Part shown: positions 1 to 9,263 of the stretch, piece after piece | Layout of the letters: each line of letters begins with the position of its first letter | Numbering within the stretch: position 1 is the first letter of the stretch | NCBI GenBank assembly: GCA_963785725.1 | Contig: CAWAWS010000020.1 | Span: 160,001-224,000, forward strand | Direction: 5' to 3' | Source of the DNA: an uncultured delta proteobacterium | Lineage (GTDB): Bacteria; Myxococcota_A; Polyangia; Palsa-1104 | DNA: 64,000 bases | Program-made: the position numbers and the translations under genes | The notes under the pieces: model-generated | Seen by the model: only the letters and a program-made list of their open reading frames with translations | Databases searched by the model: none | What the model was told of the DNA's origin: nothing

Positions 1-596
1 GGCACGACAATATATTCAAAACGATTAGTCAGTCAAAAGTAATCATTAGGGTTTTTATGAACTGTAATCGCGGTAGCAAAGCCAAAACAGCGTCATTAGA
101 GGTGGGAGAAGGCGGCACTGTGAATGGCGCCTTCGCACTCGCCCGCTGCACACTGGCAGTTTGCACGTACAACCACACCATCACGATATTATTGCAATTT
201 TCGGCTTCACCGCGATCGACAAGTGAAAGCCGAATCGCATTTACAACCTGCGTCAATGATATGACGAGGCGTCAATCGACCAGCAGCCTGAATCGAATTC
301 GTAATCGAAACCGCAATTATCGATATCCCTGATTACCGATATTCGAATATCGATTTCGCTGCGATTACGTAAGTCGTCGTTCGAATATGAGCGCGAGACA
401 AATGTGGGCGCGCCGAATTCGGCGCGTCGTGGATTGCGGCCGCGCGACGATGACCGGCCGTGCACGAGAGGCAGCCGTTCGCGCGCTCGCGAATGATTCG
501 CGCCGATGAAGGCGGTCGGCGAATGCGGCGGCGTCCGCGCGCTCGCCGTCGCGCTCGCGCCGTCGCGGCGCCGCCGGTTGGCGTCGAGCACGAAGC

Positions 597-697
597 GACT
601 GACCGTCAGTCACGAAAACTGACTGGCAGTCACGAAAACTGACTCACAGTCACGAAAACTGACCGTCAGTCACGAAACGCCGACCAGCAGTCACGAA
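597..697. repeat. Tandem array of about 5 x 20-bp units (GACnnnCAGTCACGAAAACT)
   Basis: Units at 601-620, 621-640, 641-660, 661-680 and a degenerate one at 682-697. The first four periods contain ACTG-N5-CAGT. 597-611 is the palindrome GACTGAC-C-GTCAGTC. Confidence 0.9.
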
Positions 698-1105
698 CGA
701 TTGAAGGGCCGTCATTGTCGTCGCGCGGCAAACGAGACGACGCCGCTTGACACCTCGTGGCCGCGCGGCGAATGCGCGCGCAGACGGCGAATATCATTCG
801 TTGCCGCGGCGACGAAGACGCCACCTCGAATGAACGGCGACGTGCCGCACGCGACCACATCGCCCACCCACAACGCTGCAAACACCTGTAAGCATTCATA
901 TTTACTGAAGGTTTCGTCACGCTCGCGTCATCTACTCGTGAGCAACGAAGGCGGCTCGGCCGCGCTCGCGAATCGCGGAGTTGTCCGTGATGACGCGCGC
1001 GCGCCGACACGACAGCAGCACGATGTCCGCGCGCCCGAGCTCGAAAGCGGCGCGGCGAGGATCGTGCGTGGCGTCGGGCGCGCCTTCCACTGACGGAGGT
1101 AACGA

Positions 1106-2074
1106 ATGTCGACGCGAGTCTTGCAGAGTCCTTCGTGGTCATGGGCGCCATTGTCATTGGCGCTGGCATTGTCGGCGCTGCCGTGGGTAGCGACGGGTTG
1201 CGGCGGAGACGAGCTCGCCGGCGAGAGCGCGGCGCAATCCGCGGCCGCTTGCGCGCACGACCTCTGCACGACCGGCAGCACGCTGAAGTCGGGCTGCAAT
1301 GCGTGCGTGACCGAGATCTGCGCCGCCGACAGTTACTGCTGTAAGACGAAGTGGAGCAGCCAGTGCGTCGCCGAGGTCGCGTCCATCTGCGGCCAAACCT
1401 GCGGCGGCGGCAACGCGGGCGGCGGCGGAGGCGCGGGCGGCGGCGGCAGCGCGGGCGGCGGCAGCGCCGGTGGCGGCGGCAACGCCGGTGGCGGCGGCAG
1501 CGCCGGTGGCGGCACAGCGGGTGGCGGCGGCACCAGCGGTGGTGGCGACGGCACGCCGACGCGGCAACAATGCACCGGCAACTTCGGCAGCGGGCTGTCG
1601 ACGGCGCATGGGCGGCTCGACGGCTATCTCGTCTCCATCGTCGCCCCCGGCGGCTCCAAGACGTGCAACGGCGACAGCTCGCACGTGCACTTGCAGGTCA
1701 TGATGAGCGGCGCCATTTACGACGTCGCGGTCGATACCGGCTCGAGCGGTGACGATATCTATTATTTGGCGACCAATATGACCATCCCCGATGGCACGTG
1801 GTCCGAAGGCTGGCATACGAGCGACTCATTGTCGTACAAGTCGCTCGGCATCTCCTCGACGCAGCTGACGCAGCTCTCACCGTCGGTGGCGGCGACGACG
1901 GTGGAGAACGAGCTGGCGACGGCGAATCATATCTCGGTATTCGGCACCGGATATAACGCCAATGGAATGCACCTGATTCATTACGACAACGGCAAAGACG
2001 GCGCGATTGTCGTCGAGCCGCAATCCGAGTCGTCGCGCGTGCTGTTCTTCCGCTTCTCCGAAGACAGCTTCTAG
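1106..2074 (+). CDS. Lipoprotein: Cys-rich N-terminal module, Gly-rich linker, C-terminal globular domain (possibly DUF2278-like)
   Basis: GGAGG RBS, signal peptide ending VATGC, CAHDLC...YCC...C module, GGGSAGGG linker. Confidence 0.8.
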   Translation: MSTRVLQSPSWSWAPLSLALALSALPWVATGCGGDELAGESAAQSAAACAHDLCTTGSTLKSGCNACVTEICAADSYCCKTKWSSQCVAEVASICGQTCGGGNAGGGGGAGGGGSAGGGSAGGGGNAGGGGSAGGGTAGGGGTSGGGDGTPTRQQCTGNFGSGLSTAHGRLDGYLVSIVAPGGSKTCNGDSSHVHLQVMMSGAIYDVAVDTGSSGDDIYYLATNMTIPDGTWSEGWHTSDSLSYKSLGISSTQLTQLSPSVAATTVENELATANHISVFGTGYNANGMHLIHYDNGKDGAIVVEPQSESSRVLFFRFSEDSF

Positions 2075-2281
2075 CCTAAGCGTTCGCGCGCTGCTCGCAT
2101 GAACGACTGGAATGATGGACCACGCGCCGGCGGCAAAGGTGCACCACCATTCGCTCGGGTCCTCGACCAATGCAGACTGCATGTTCGCAGCATATATCGA
2201 CTGGGATGACGACAAAGACTCGAATGAGCCCGCCGGAAACGAGGAGCCGGCGGTCGACGATGACCGCCGGCTTGCCGCGAA

Positions 2282-4705
2282 TTAGCTGATGGGCGCGGTC
2301 GAGCAGACGTTGTTGATGCAGGTGATGCTGCCCGTCTCGTGGCCGCAGCAGTCGGCGTCGGTGCCGCACTTTTCGTAGACGGTCGAGCACGACGGCGGCT
2401 GCGACAAGCACTGCAAGCCCGTGCCGCCGTCGGCGCTGCTGGTGCCGCCGGCAGGCGCGCGGCAATAACCGCCGCAGCACTCGTCGCCGGTATCGCAGCC
2501 ATCGCCATCCTTATGGCAGGGAACGGCGGTCCAGAAGCCGCGCGCATTACCGGCATAAAGCTCCTGCGCCGGCAAATAGAAGGCCGGATGGCTGGGATCG
2601 GTGCCGCCGGGCGCATTCAGATCGACCGCCGCCACCCACAGCTTCTTCGTCGTGATCTGGTGCTGCCAATCGTAGTTGCGCGGGTCACTCATATAGCCGT
2701 CGATCGTGGCCACGTTGCCGTACATGCGGCGGCTCGAGAACACGACCCAGCCATAACCGCCGGACGCAATCGGGCACGCCGTGGGCTCGTAGTTCAAGAG
2801 CGGCTCCAACGTCGCCGCGTGATTGTTCGCGGCATTCGTCGGCAAATAGAGCGTGCCATTGGCGATGCCATTGAGCTCCGACAGCGGCGCCGTCTTCTTG
2901 GTCGCCATGTCGTACCAGAAGAGCGCGCCCGTATTCCAACGCGTATAGCCGAGCGCCGGGCTGGGAATCGTGGGATCGAGGCTGCCCTCTTCGATCTGGA
3001 AGACGACCGCGTTGTTGGTCGGCAGGAACGTCGACCACGACACCGCGCCCGTGCTCGGCGTGTAGACCTGCGTGTGATTACTAAAGGTCATGGTCGAGAA
3101 ATCGAAGTCGATCGTCCCCAACGAGCGCGAATCGAAGTTGGCGTCATTGAAGGCGACGTGCTTGCCGTCGGGTGAGAACACCGGCAGCGTCGCGCGCAGC
3201 CCGTTCAAGTTCGCGACGCCGGTCATCGGCGTCCCGCTCACCGGCGAGCTGATATTATAGAGGTAAGAGTTCTGGTCGCTGCGATCATTACCCGAGCTCG
3301 ACAGATAGAACGCGCCGGTGGGATAGAACGCCGGGAAGATATTCGACCAGTTGCAGGTGCTGCAGTAAGGATCGCTCGTCGACGGCAAATTGACCGGGTT
3401 ATTGGGGACGATCCAATTGCTGCCATATTCGACCGTCGTCGACGCCGGCGGCTGCGTCAGATCGTAAGCATAGCTGGTCGAATAGTCGTTATCCGGGTCA
3501 TTGGAGATGAGGCGCTGACCATTGGCGCTGACGCTGTGGCAGGCGCGGCAGCCGGGCCGCAAGCTGTTGTTGGTCGGGTTCGTGATGTTCTTGCCCGCGA
3601 CCAGCGTGGGCGCCGAGTCGCCGGGATGAATGCCGAGCGTCGCCGCGCCGAACGCCGGACCGGTCTTGGTCGCCGTCACCGTGCAATTCGTGGCATTGGG
3701 CGCGCAATAGCACTTGTCATTCGGTCCGCAGCTGGGCTCGCCCGAGTTCTGCACGAACGCCGTTCCATAAGAGTTGTAATAAACAGTGCCGCGCAGTGAG
3801 CCGCGCGCGATCTTCCAATTGAGCGTATAAGGCCCGACCGCATTACCGCCTTCGCCGAACGTCAGCGTGACCGTCGCGTTCTCCGTCCCGTTATTGGAGT
3901 TACCGAGCTCTTTCCACACCGCCTGCGGCAAGGGAATGTTCTTGAATACGAAGCCCGTCGCCGTCGATTGCGCCGCGAAATAGCCGGTATAAGTAAACGC
4001 GCTCTCGCTCAGCTGAATCTTGACCGAGTCGAACTTATGCGTGCTGCCGTCCCATTGAATGAGCGGCGCCAACAGTCCGCGCGGCCAAATGGTGCCGTCA
4101 TAAGGATATAGAATCTTCACGGTCGCATCGGCCATGGGCGGACCATCGAGGCCGGTCTGCTGCGTCGTGGTCGCCGGCGGCGCGGGACCATCGCCGCCGA
4201 CGCCGCCATAACCGCCGGCGCCGGGCGCGCCCGGCGGATAGTCCGGATCACCCGTCGTCTGCGTCCAAGCGACCTTGATCGTGACAGTCGTCGAGGCGGT
4301 TTGGCCGTGATAACTGGCCGTGACATTGCCGACGCCGCCGACCGTGCCCGACGCCGTCAATAGGCCGGTGCTGACGTCAATCGACGCCAATTCGCCGACG
4401 TCGATGCTCCACGACGGCAGAATCGTCTGACCGTCGACGACGGCCGTGTATTGCAGCGTCGGCGGCGCTCCGCCCTGCGTCATGCTCAACACTTGATCGG
4501 GCGGCGTAATGATGATCTGAAACGCCATATCCTGCGCCGGCGGCGGCGTCATGTCGCTGGGAACGACGACGCTCAAATCGGGCTGCTTGGCGCTCATATC
4601 GTCGCCGCCGTTACCTCCGGTGGGAGGCATTCCGCGACCTCCGGGAGAGCTGCAGGCGGAAATTGACCCGACCAATAGCACACACGGGAGCGCATATTTA
4701 AGCAT
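2282..4705 (-). CDS. Large myxobacterial lipoprotein with a TolB-like beta-propeller region and a Cys-rich tail
   Basis: 807 aa; lipobox ISAC; PVFSPDGK and WVVFSSRR (PD40-like) motifs; C-terminal CxxxxxCC repeats. Confidence 0.8.
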   Translation of the reverse strand: MLKYALPCVLLVGSISACSSPGGRGMPPTGGNGGDDMSAKQPDLSVVVPSDMTPPPAQDMAFQIIITPPDQVLSMTQGGAPPTLQYTAVVDGQTILPSWSIDVGELASIDVSTGLLTASGTVGGVGNVTASYHGQTASTTVTIKVAWTQTTGDPDYPPGAPGAGGYGGVGGDGPAPPATTTQQTGLDGPPMADATVKILYPYDGTIWPRGLLAPLIQWDGSTHKFDSVKIQLSESAFTYTGYFAAQSTATGFVFKNIPLPQAVWKELGNSNNGTENATVTLTFGEGGNAVGPYTLNWKIARGSLRGTVYYNSYGTAFVQNSGEPSCGPNDKCYCAPNATNCTVTATKTGPAFGAATLGIHPGDSAPTLVAGKNITNPTNNSLRPGCRACHSVSANGQRLISNDPDNDYSTSYAYDLTQPPASTTVEYGSNWIVPNNPVNLPSTSDPYCSTCNWSNIFPAFYPTGAFYLSSSGNDRSDQNSYLYNISSPVSGTPMTGVANLNGLRATLPVFSPDGKHVAFNDANFDSRSLGTIDFDFSTMTFSNHTQVYTPSTGAVSWSTFLPTNNAVVFQIEEGSLDPTIPSPALGYTRWNTGALFWYDMATKKTAPLSELNGIANGTLYLPTNAANNHAATLEPLLNYEPTACPIASGGYGWVVFSSRRMYGNVATIDGYMSDPRNYDWQHQITTKKLWVAAVDLNAPGGTDPSHPAFYLPAQELYAGNARGFWTAVPCHKDGDGCDTGDECCGGYCRAPAGGTSSADGGTGLQCLSQPPSCSTVYEKCGTDADCCGHETGSITCINNVCSTAPIS

Positions 4706-4992
4706 TGGCGCGCAATATCACCCTGTGTGCACTGCTAATCAATTCAGTCTTTATGCTAGGTCGAGTTGATATCTTCGTTAAGAAACAGCGACGAAACAGT
4801 AGCGGGCCGATTTACCTCTCAATCGATATTCGGTAAGCCGCATATCAATCGCATTTCAGACTGACAATGACAGCGACGGTGATTGTCGCGCAGTGCAGAA
4901 AGTGGCCGCCAGCCAATGACGGGGAAACACCAGTCGGGTCATGTGTGCAGTCGGATACCGGGCGACGAACGAGCTGATATCGTCGGCGCAGC

Positions 4993-6003
4993 ATGGCGAG
5001 CAAAGGGCAAAAGAAGCTGACGTATGAAGAGGAGCTGGCGCTGCTCTCGCCGGCGACGGTCGATCCCGCCGGCGAAGACGGGCACAGGCGCATCCTGGCG
5101 GCGCTGGCGAGCGGACGGTCGCTCGTCGTGGCGCGGGCCGCCAAGCTCGTCAAGGAGCACAGGCTCGACGGCTTCGCCGAGCCGCTGCGCGCCGCCTTCG
5201 AGCGCTATTTGCCGGCGGCGGCGACCGCGAGCGCGCTGCAGGCGGCGACCAAGCTCGATCCCAGCTGTCACGCCAAGCTGGCCGCCATCGAGGCGCTCGA
5301 TCAGACCGAATCGGTCGATCCCGAGCCGTTCGCGCGCGCCGTGCGCCACTTTCAGCCCGAGGGCAGCGGCGACAGCGCGGCGCCGCTGCGGTCGGCGGGC
5401 ATCGCCGGGCTGGCGCGCCTCGGCCATCGCGACTTTCACATGATCGTGGCGCGGCTGGTGAGCGATCGGTGGCCGCCGGTGCGACAAGCGGCGCTGGAGG
5501 CGCTGGCGCATCGCGACGACGGCGCGGGCGCGCCGCTGGCGCTCCTCAAGGTCGAGCTCGGCGACGAAGATCCGCAGGTCGACGTGGCGGCGATGACGGC
5601 GCTCCTGACGCTGGCGCCCGACTGGGCGCTCGAGGTGCTGAGCGGGCTCCTCGACGCGCGTGGCGGCCACGGCGGGCGTCGCGAGCTGGCCGCCGTCGCG
5701 CTCGGGCAGTCGCGCCGCGACGACGCGCTGGCGCTGCTGCTGGCCAAGCTGCCGCTCAGCCCGCGTGCCGACGAGCGCGAGGCCCTCCTGCGCGGGATCG
5801 GCCTCCATCGCAGCGACGGCGCGCTCGCGGCAATGCTGACGATCATCCGCGAAGGCAAGGCCGCCGAGGCGACGCTGGCCATCGAGGCGCTGGCGTCGCG
5901 CCGCTTCGAGCCCGGCATCGGCGAGCGCGTGCGCCGCGCGGCCGGCGAGAACGAAGCGGCGGACGACTTGGCGCCGGTCGTCGCGCAGGTCTTCGACGCC
6001 TGA
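4993..6003 (+). CDS. HEAT/PBS-lyase-like repeat protein
   Basis: Repeated helical motifs such as DRWPPVRQAALEAL, DPQVDVAAMTAL and RRELAAVALG. Confidence 0.75.
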   Translation: MASKGQKKLTYEEELALLSPATVDPAGEDGHRRILAALASGRSLVVARAAKLVKEHRLDGFAEPLRAAFERYLPAAATASALQAATKLDPSCHAKLAAIEALDQTESVDPEPFARAVRHFQPEGSGDSAAPLRSAGIAGLARLGHRDFHMIVARLVSDRWPPVRQAALEALAHRDDGAGAPLALLKVELGDEDPQVDVAAMTALLTLAPDWALEVLSGLLDARGGHGGRRELAAVALGQSRRDDALALLLAKLPLSPRADEREALLRGIGLHRSDGALAAMLTIIREGKAAEATLAIEALASRRFEPGIGERVRRAAGENEAADDLAPVVAQVFDA

Positions 6004-6058
6004 TGCGTTGATTCTTCGACTCGGCGGCGTCGGCTCGGGTCATTATACTGGGCGCGAA

Positions 6059-7903
6059 ATGTCCGAGCCCGAAGCCGCCGAGCCTGCCGTCGGAACCGTC
6101 GTCGCCCACCGCTGGCGGCTCGTCGAGCGCGTGGCGCTCGAGGGTGACACGCTCGTCTTCCGCGCCGACGACCTCAAAGGCGGCAAGCCGGCGCTCTTGA
6201 AGCTGCTCGACGCCCGCTGCGCCGCCTCGCGCGAGCTGGCCGCGCGCTTCGACCGCGACGCGCGCACGATCAGCCGGCTCAACCACGCCAATTGCGTACA
6301 GATCCTCGACTTCGGCATCTTCGAGGCGCGCCCCTACTTGGTCATGCAGGCCGTCGCCGGCCGCCGCCTCGGCGACGAGCTGGGCAAGCCGCAGCTGACG
6401 CCGACGCGCGCCGCGCGCATCGCCACGCAGATCTTGGAGGGCCTGCGCCACGGCCACGCTTACGGCGTCGTGCACCGCGAGCTCGGTCCCGACAAGATCT
6501 GGCTCACCGGCGCCGCCAACGGCCCCGATCACGTCAAGATCCTCGACTTCGGGCTGGCGCGCATCAGCGGCGACGACAAGAAGCGCACGGCCGCCAACGC
6601 CTTCGGCTGCCTCGCGCCCGAGCAGCTGCAGCAGCGGACCGTCGACCAGCGCGCCGATCTGTTCGCGGTGGGCGTGCTTTTGCGCGCCATGGCCAGCGGC
6701 CAGTCGCTGCCGGCCGTCGACGGCGCCGCCGGCCGGCCGCTGACGCCGGCGCTGCAGCGTGTGGTGGCGCGCGCCCTGGCCAAGGATCCCGAGCAGCGCT
6801 TCGCCGACGCCGGCGAGTTCATCGACGAGCTGGAGGCGATCGGCGAAGGGCGCACGGCCAAGCGGCGCAAGATCGACGTCGCGCCGCCGCCGCGTCTCGG
6901 GCGCGCGCTGGCGTTGGCGTTGGCGGCGCTCGTCGTCGTCGGTGGCGGCGTCGGCTGGTGGCGGCGCGCGCGGCGGACGCGATCGGCGACGGCGACGGTG
7001 ACCGCCGCCCAGCCGGCCGCGACCGAGCCAGCGGCGGCCAAGCCGCTCGCCGGCGATGCGCCGTCGTCGCCACCGCCGATCGCCAAGCCGGCGCCAGTCG
7101 CGCCCGTCGTGACGCCGCCCGTGACGACGAAGCCCGCGCCGACGGCGGCTGACGCCGCGAAATCGTCGACGAAGCCCGCGCCGACGGCGGCTGACGCCGC
7201 GAAATCGTCGACGACCGCGCCGACGAACGCCGCGGCCGCGAAGGCGCTGCCGACGACGAGCGTGCCGGCGAAGGCGACGACGGCGCCGGCCGAGACGAAG
7301 GCTGCGCCGCGCGGTCCAGCGCCGACTCCGGCTGCCGCGGGCAAGCCCGCGAACGTCGTCGCAGCCGCGGCGCCGGCCGTAAAGGCGGCAGCCGCGCCCA
7401 CCCCGGCGCCGTCGGCAGCGACGAACGAGCCGGCGCCGGCCGGCGAATCGGCGCGCGTGACCGCGCTCCTGACCGCCGGCAAGCTCGACGTCGCCGAGCA
7501 GGAGCTGCGCGCGCAGCTCGACCTGCACGCCGAGTCGGCCGAGCTGCACTTCCTCTTGGGCGAGGTCTTCTTCCGCAAATTTTGGCGCCGCGACGCCCTC
7601 GTCGAGTGGGACCGCGCGCTCGCGCTCGACCCGTCGCTGCGCCGCGATCCGCGCCTGACCGCGCGGCTGTGCGCGACGCTGAGCCCGCGCTTTCACGGCG
7701 CCGGCGCCGAGCTCATCGCCAAGCGCTTCGCCGCCGAGGCCGTGCCGCTCCTGCGCGGCTGTGTGGCCTCGGCGACCGACCTCGAGCGGCTGCAGACCGC
7801 GGCGCAGCTGGCCGAGCAGCTCGGCGGCAAGAACGCCATCGACCCGCAGCTGGTGACGCGCCGGACGCAAGAGCTGACGCCCAAGGCCGCGCCCAGCCCG
7901 TAG
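6059..7903 (+). CDS. Membrane Ser/Thr kinase-like protein, probably a pseudokinase, with a Pro/Ala/Thr linker and C-terminal TPR
   Basis: Kinase fold with VKILDFG and APE retained, but the catalytic loop reads HRELGPDKI. One TM helix and a TPR-like tail. ATG at 6059. Confidence 0.85.
   Translation: MSEPEAAEPAVGTVVAHRWRLVERVALEGDTLVFRADDLKGGKPALLKLLDARCAASRELAARFDRDARTISRLNHANCVQILDFGIFEARPYLVMQAVAGRRLGDELGKPQLTPTRAARIATQILEGLRHGHAYGVVHRELGPDKIWLTGAANGPDHVKILDFGLARISGDDKKRTAANAFGCLAPEQLQQRTVDQRADLFAVGVLLRAMASGQSLPAVDGAAGRPLTPALQRVVARALAKDPEQRFADAGEFIDELEAIGEGRTAKRRKIDVAPPPRLGRALALALAALVVVGGGVGWWRRARRTRSATATVTAAQPAATEPAAAKPLAGDAPSSPPPIAKPAPVAPVVTPPVTTKPAPTAADAAKSSTKPAPTAADAAKSSTTAPTNAAAAKALPTTSVPAKATTAPAETKAAPRGPAPTPAAAGKPANVVAAAAPAVKAAAAPTPAPSAATNEPAPAGESARVTALLTAGKLDVAEQELRAQLDLHAESAELHFLLGEVFFRKFWRRDALVEWDRALALDPSLRRDPRLTARLCATLSPRFHGAGAELIAKRFAAEAVPLLRGCVASATDLERLQTAAQLAEQLGGKNAIDPQLVTRRTQELTPKAAPSP
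7126..7214 (+). repeat. 42-bp in-frame tandem duplication in the kinase linker (TKPAPTAADAAKSS x2)
   Basis: Identical copies at 7126-7167 and 7168-7209. Confidence 0.9.
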
Positions 7904-8078
7904 AACGCCGACCGGTTTGACCGCCTACTGCGACGCGCAGTTGCGGCCTACGCCGGGCAGGCTCGTCGCTGCGCTGCTCGAACTACGGAAAGTATTCCTG
8001 CGCTGCTCGCTCCTCGCGTGCCCGGCTCGGCTCGCAGCTGCGCGTCTCGCTACGGCATTCAAACCGTTCGACGTTCTA
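7901..8078 (+). repeat. Long imperfect palindromic intergenic element (REP/MITE-like), copy 1
   Basis: About 60-bp imperfect inverted arms TAGAACG..CGGTTTGA..GACGCGCAG..GCCGGGCA versus TGCCCGGC..CTGCGCGTC..TCAAACCG..CGTTCTA. Confidence 0.75.
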
Positions 8079-8123
8079 GCCGGCCACGTAGCCGTTCGTC
8101 GACGAGTCCTGTAGGCTGCGCGC

Positions 8124-9263
8124 ATGCGACGCGTGTCACCCATCGTCTGCCTCGTGGTCGCGCTCGTCGGATCGCCGCAGGTCGCGCGCGCCGACGAGGC
8201 CGAGCCGGCCGCGGCCGAGCATTACACGCGTGGCGCCAAGGCGCTCGAGGACGGCGACGCCGCGCTGGCCGTGACCGAGCTGACCGCGTCGCTGGCGGCG
8301 AAGCCGTCGCTGCGCGCCTATTTGTCGCGCGCCGAGGCGCAGGTGAAGCTGGCCCGCTTCGACGACGCGCGCGCCGACTACGAAGCCGCGCTGCGCCTCG
8401 ACCCGCCGAAGAACAAGCGCGCCGCCATCGAGCGCTGGCTACACGACTTGGCGACGGGAACGCGGACGCGGCTCGCCATCGCCTCGACGCCGCCCGGCGC
8501 CACGGTCTACGTCGACCTGAAGGCGGCCGGCAAGCGCGGCGTCACGCCCCTCGTCATCGCGACGCCGCCCGGCCGTCACCGCGTCATCCTCGAGCTCGAC
8601 GGCTACGAGCCGTTCGTCGCGCGCGAGGTCAACGCCGTCGAGGACCGCGAGACGGCGCTGGCGGCGACGCTGGTCGTCAAAGGCTGCGATCTGCGCGTGA
8701 CGACGGCGCCGGCGACCGCGACCGTCGCGCTCGACGGCGGCGCGCCGCAGCCGGCGCCGCTGGCGGTGCGCGTCCGCGGCGGCGAGCATACGCTGGCGTT
8801 CGTCGCGCCCGATCGGCTGCCGCGCCAACGCGCCGTTCGCTGCGAGATTGGGACGCCATTGGACGTGACCGAGACGCTGGAGCCGATTCCGCCCGGTCGC
8901 ATCGTAGTGGCCGTGCCGCCCGGCGGCCGCCTGCGCGTCGACGGGCGCGACGCGGCGACGCCGGCGCTGGTCGCCGCCGGCGAGCACTCGGTCACGGTCG
9001 ACGCGCCGTCGCGCGCCCCCTGGCAGACGACGCTGCACATCGACGGCGGCCAAGAGATCCGCCTGCAGCCGCGCCTCGACGAACGCCGCGCCGGCGATGG
9101 CCGCAAGAAGTGGCTGCTCATCGGCGGCGGCATCGCGGTCGCCGGCATCGCCATCGGGCTCGGCGTCGGCCTCGGCGTCGGCCTGTCGGGCGACGCGGCG
9201 CCGGTCGGCCACTTCGGCGGCTTCCACATCTTCGGCGTGTCGATTGGCGGAGGCTCCAAATGA
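8124..9263 (+). CDS. TPR + PEGA domain protein with a C-terminal membrane anchor
   Basis: Signal peptide, TPR-like helices, PEGA motif STPPGATVYVD...GVTPL...PGRHRV, hydrophobic C-terminus. Confidence 0.85.
   Translation: MRRVSPIVCLVVALVGSPQVARADEAEPAAAEHYTRGAKALEDGDAALAVTELTASLAAKPSLRAYLSRAEAQVKLARFDDARADYEAALRLDPPKNKRAAIERWLHDLATGTRTRLAIASTPPGATVYVDLKAAGKRGVTPLVIATPPGRHRVILELDGYEPFVAREVNAVEDRETALAATLVVKGCDLRVTTAPATATVALDGGAPQPAPLAVRVRGGEHTLAFVAPDRLPRQRAVRCEIGTPLDVTETLEPIPPGRIVVAVPPGGRLRVDGRDAATPALVAAGEHSVTVDAPSRAPWQTTLHIDGGQEIRLQPRLDERRAGDGRKKWLLIGGGIAVAGIAIGLGVGLGVGLSGDAAPVGHFGGFHIFGVSIGGGSK

Noticed and set aside
597..697. CRISPR array
   Set aside because: Units are contiguous with only about 3 variable bases. 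There are no spacer-length inserts and no cas genes.
1400..1550. GGC-rich tandem repeats (also in both chitinases and 61500-61620)
   Set aside because: They are ordinary Gly/Ser linker codons inside lipoprotein genes.
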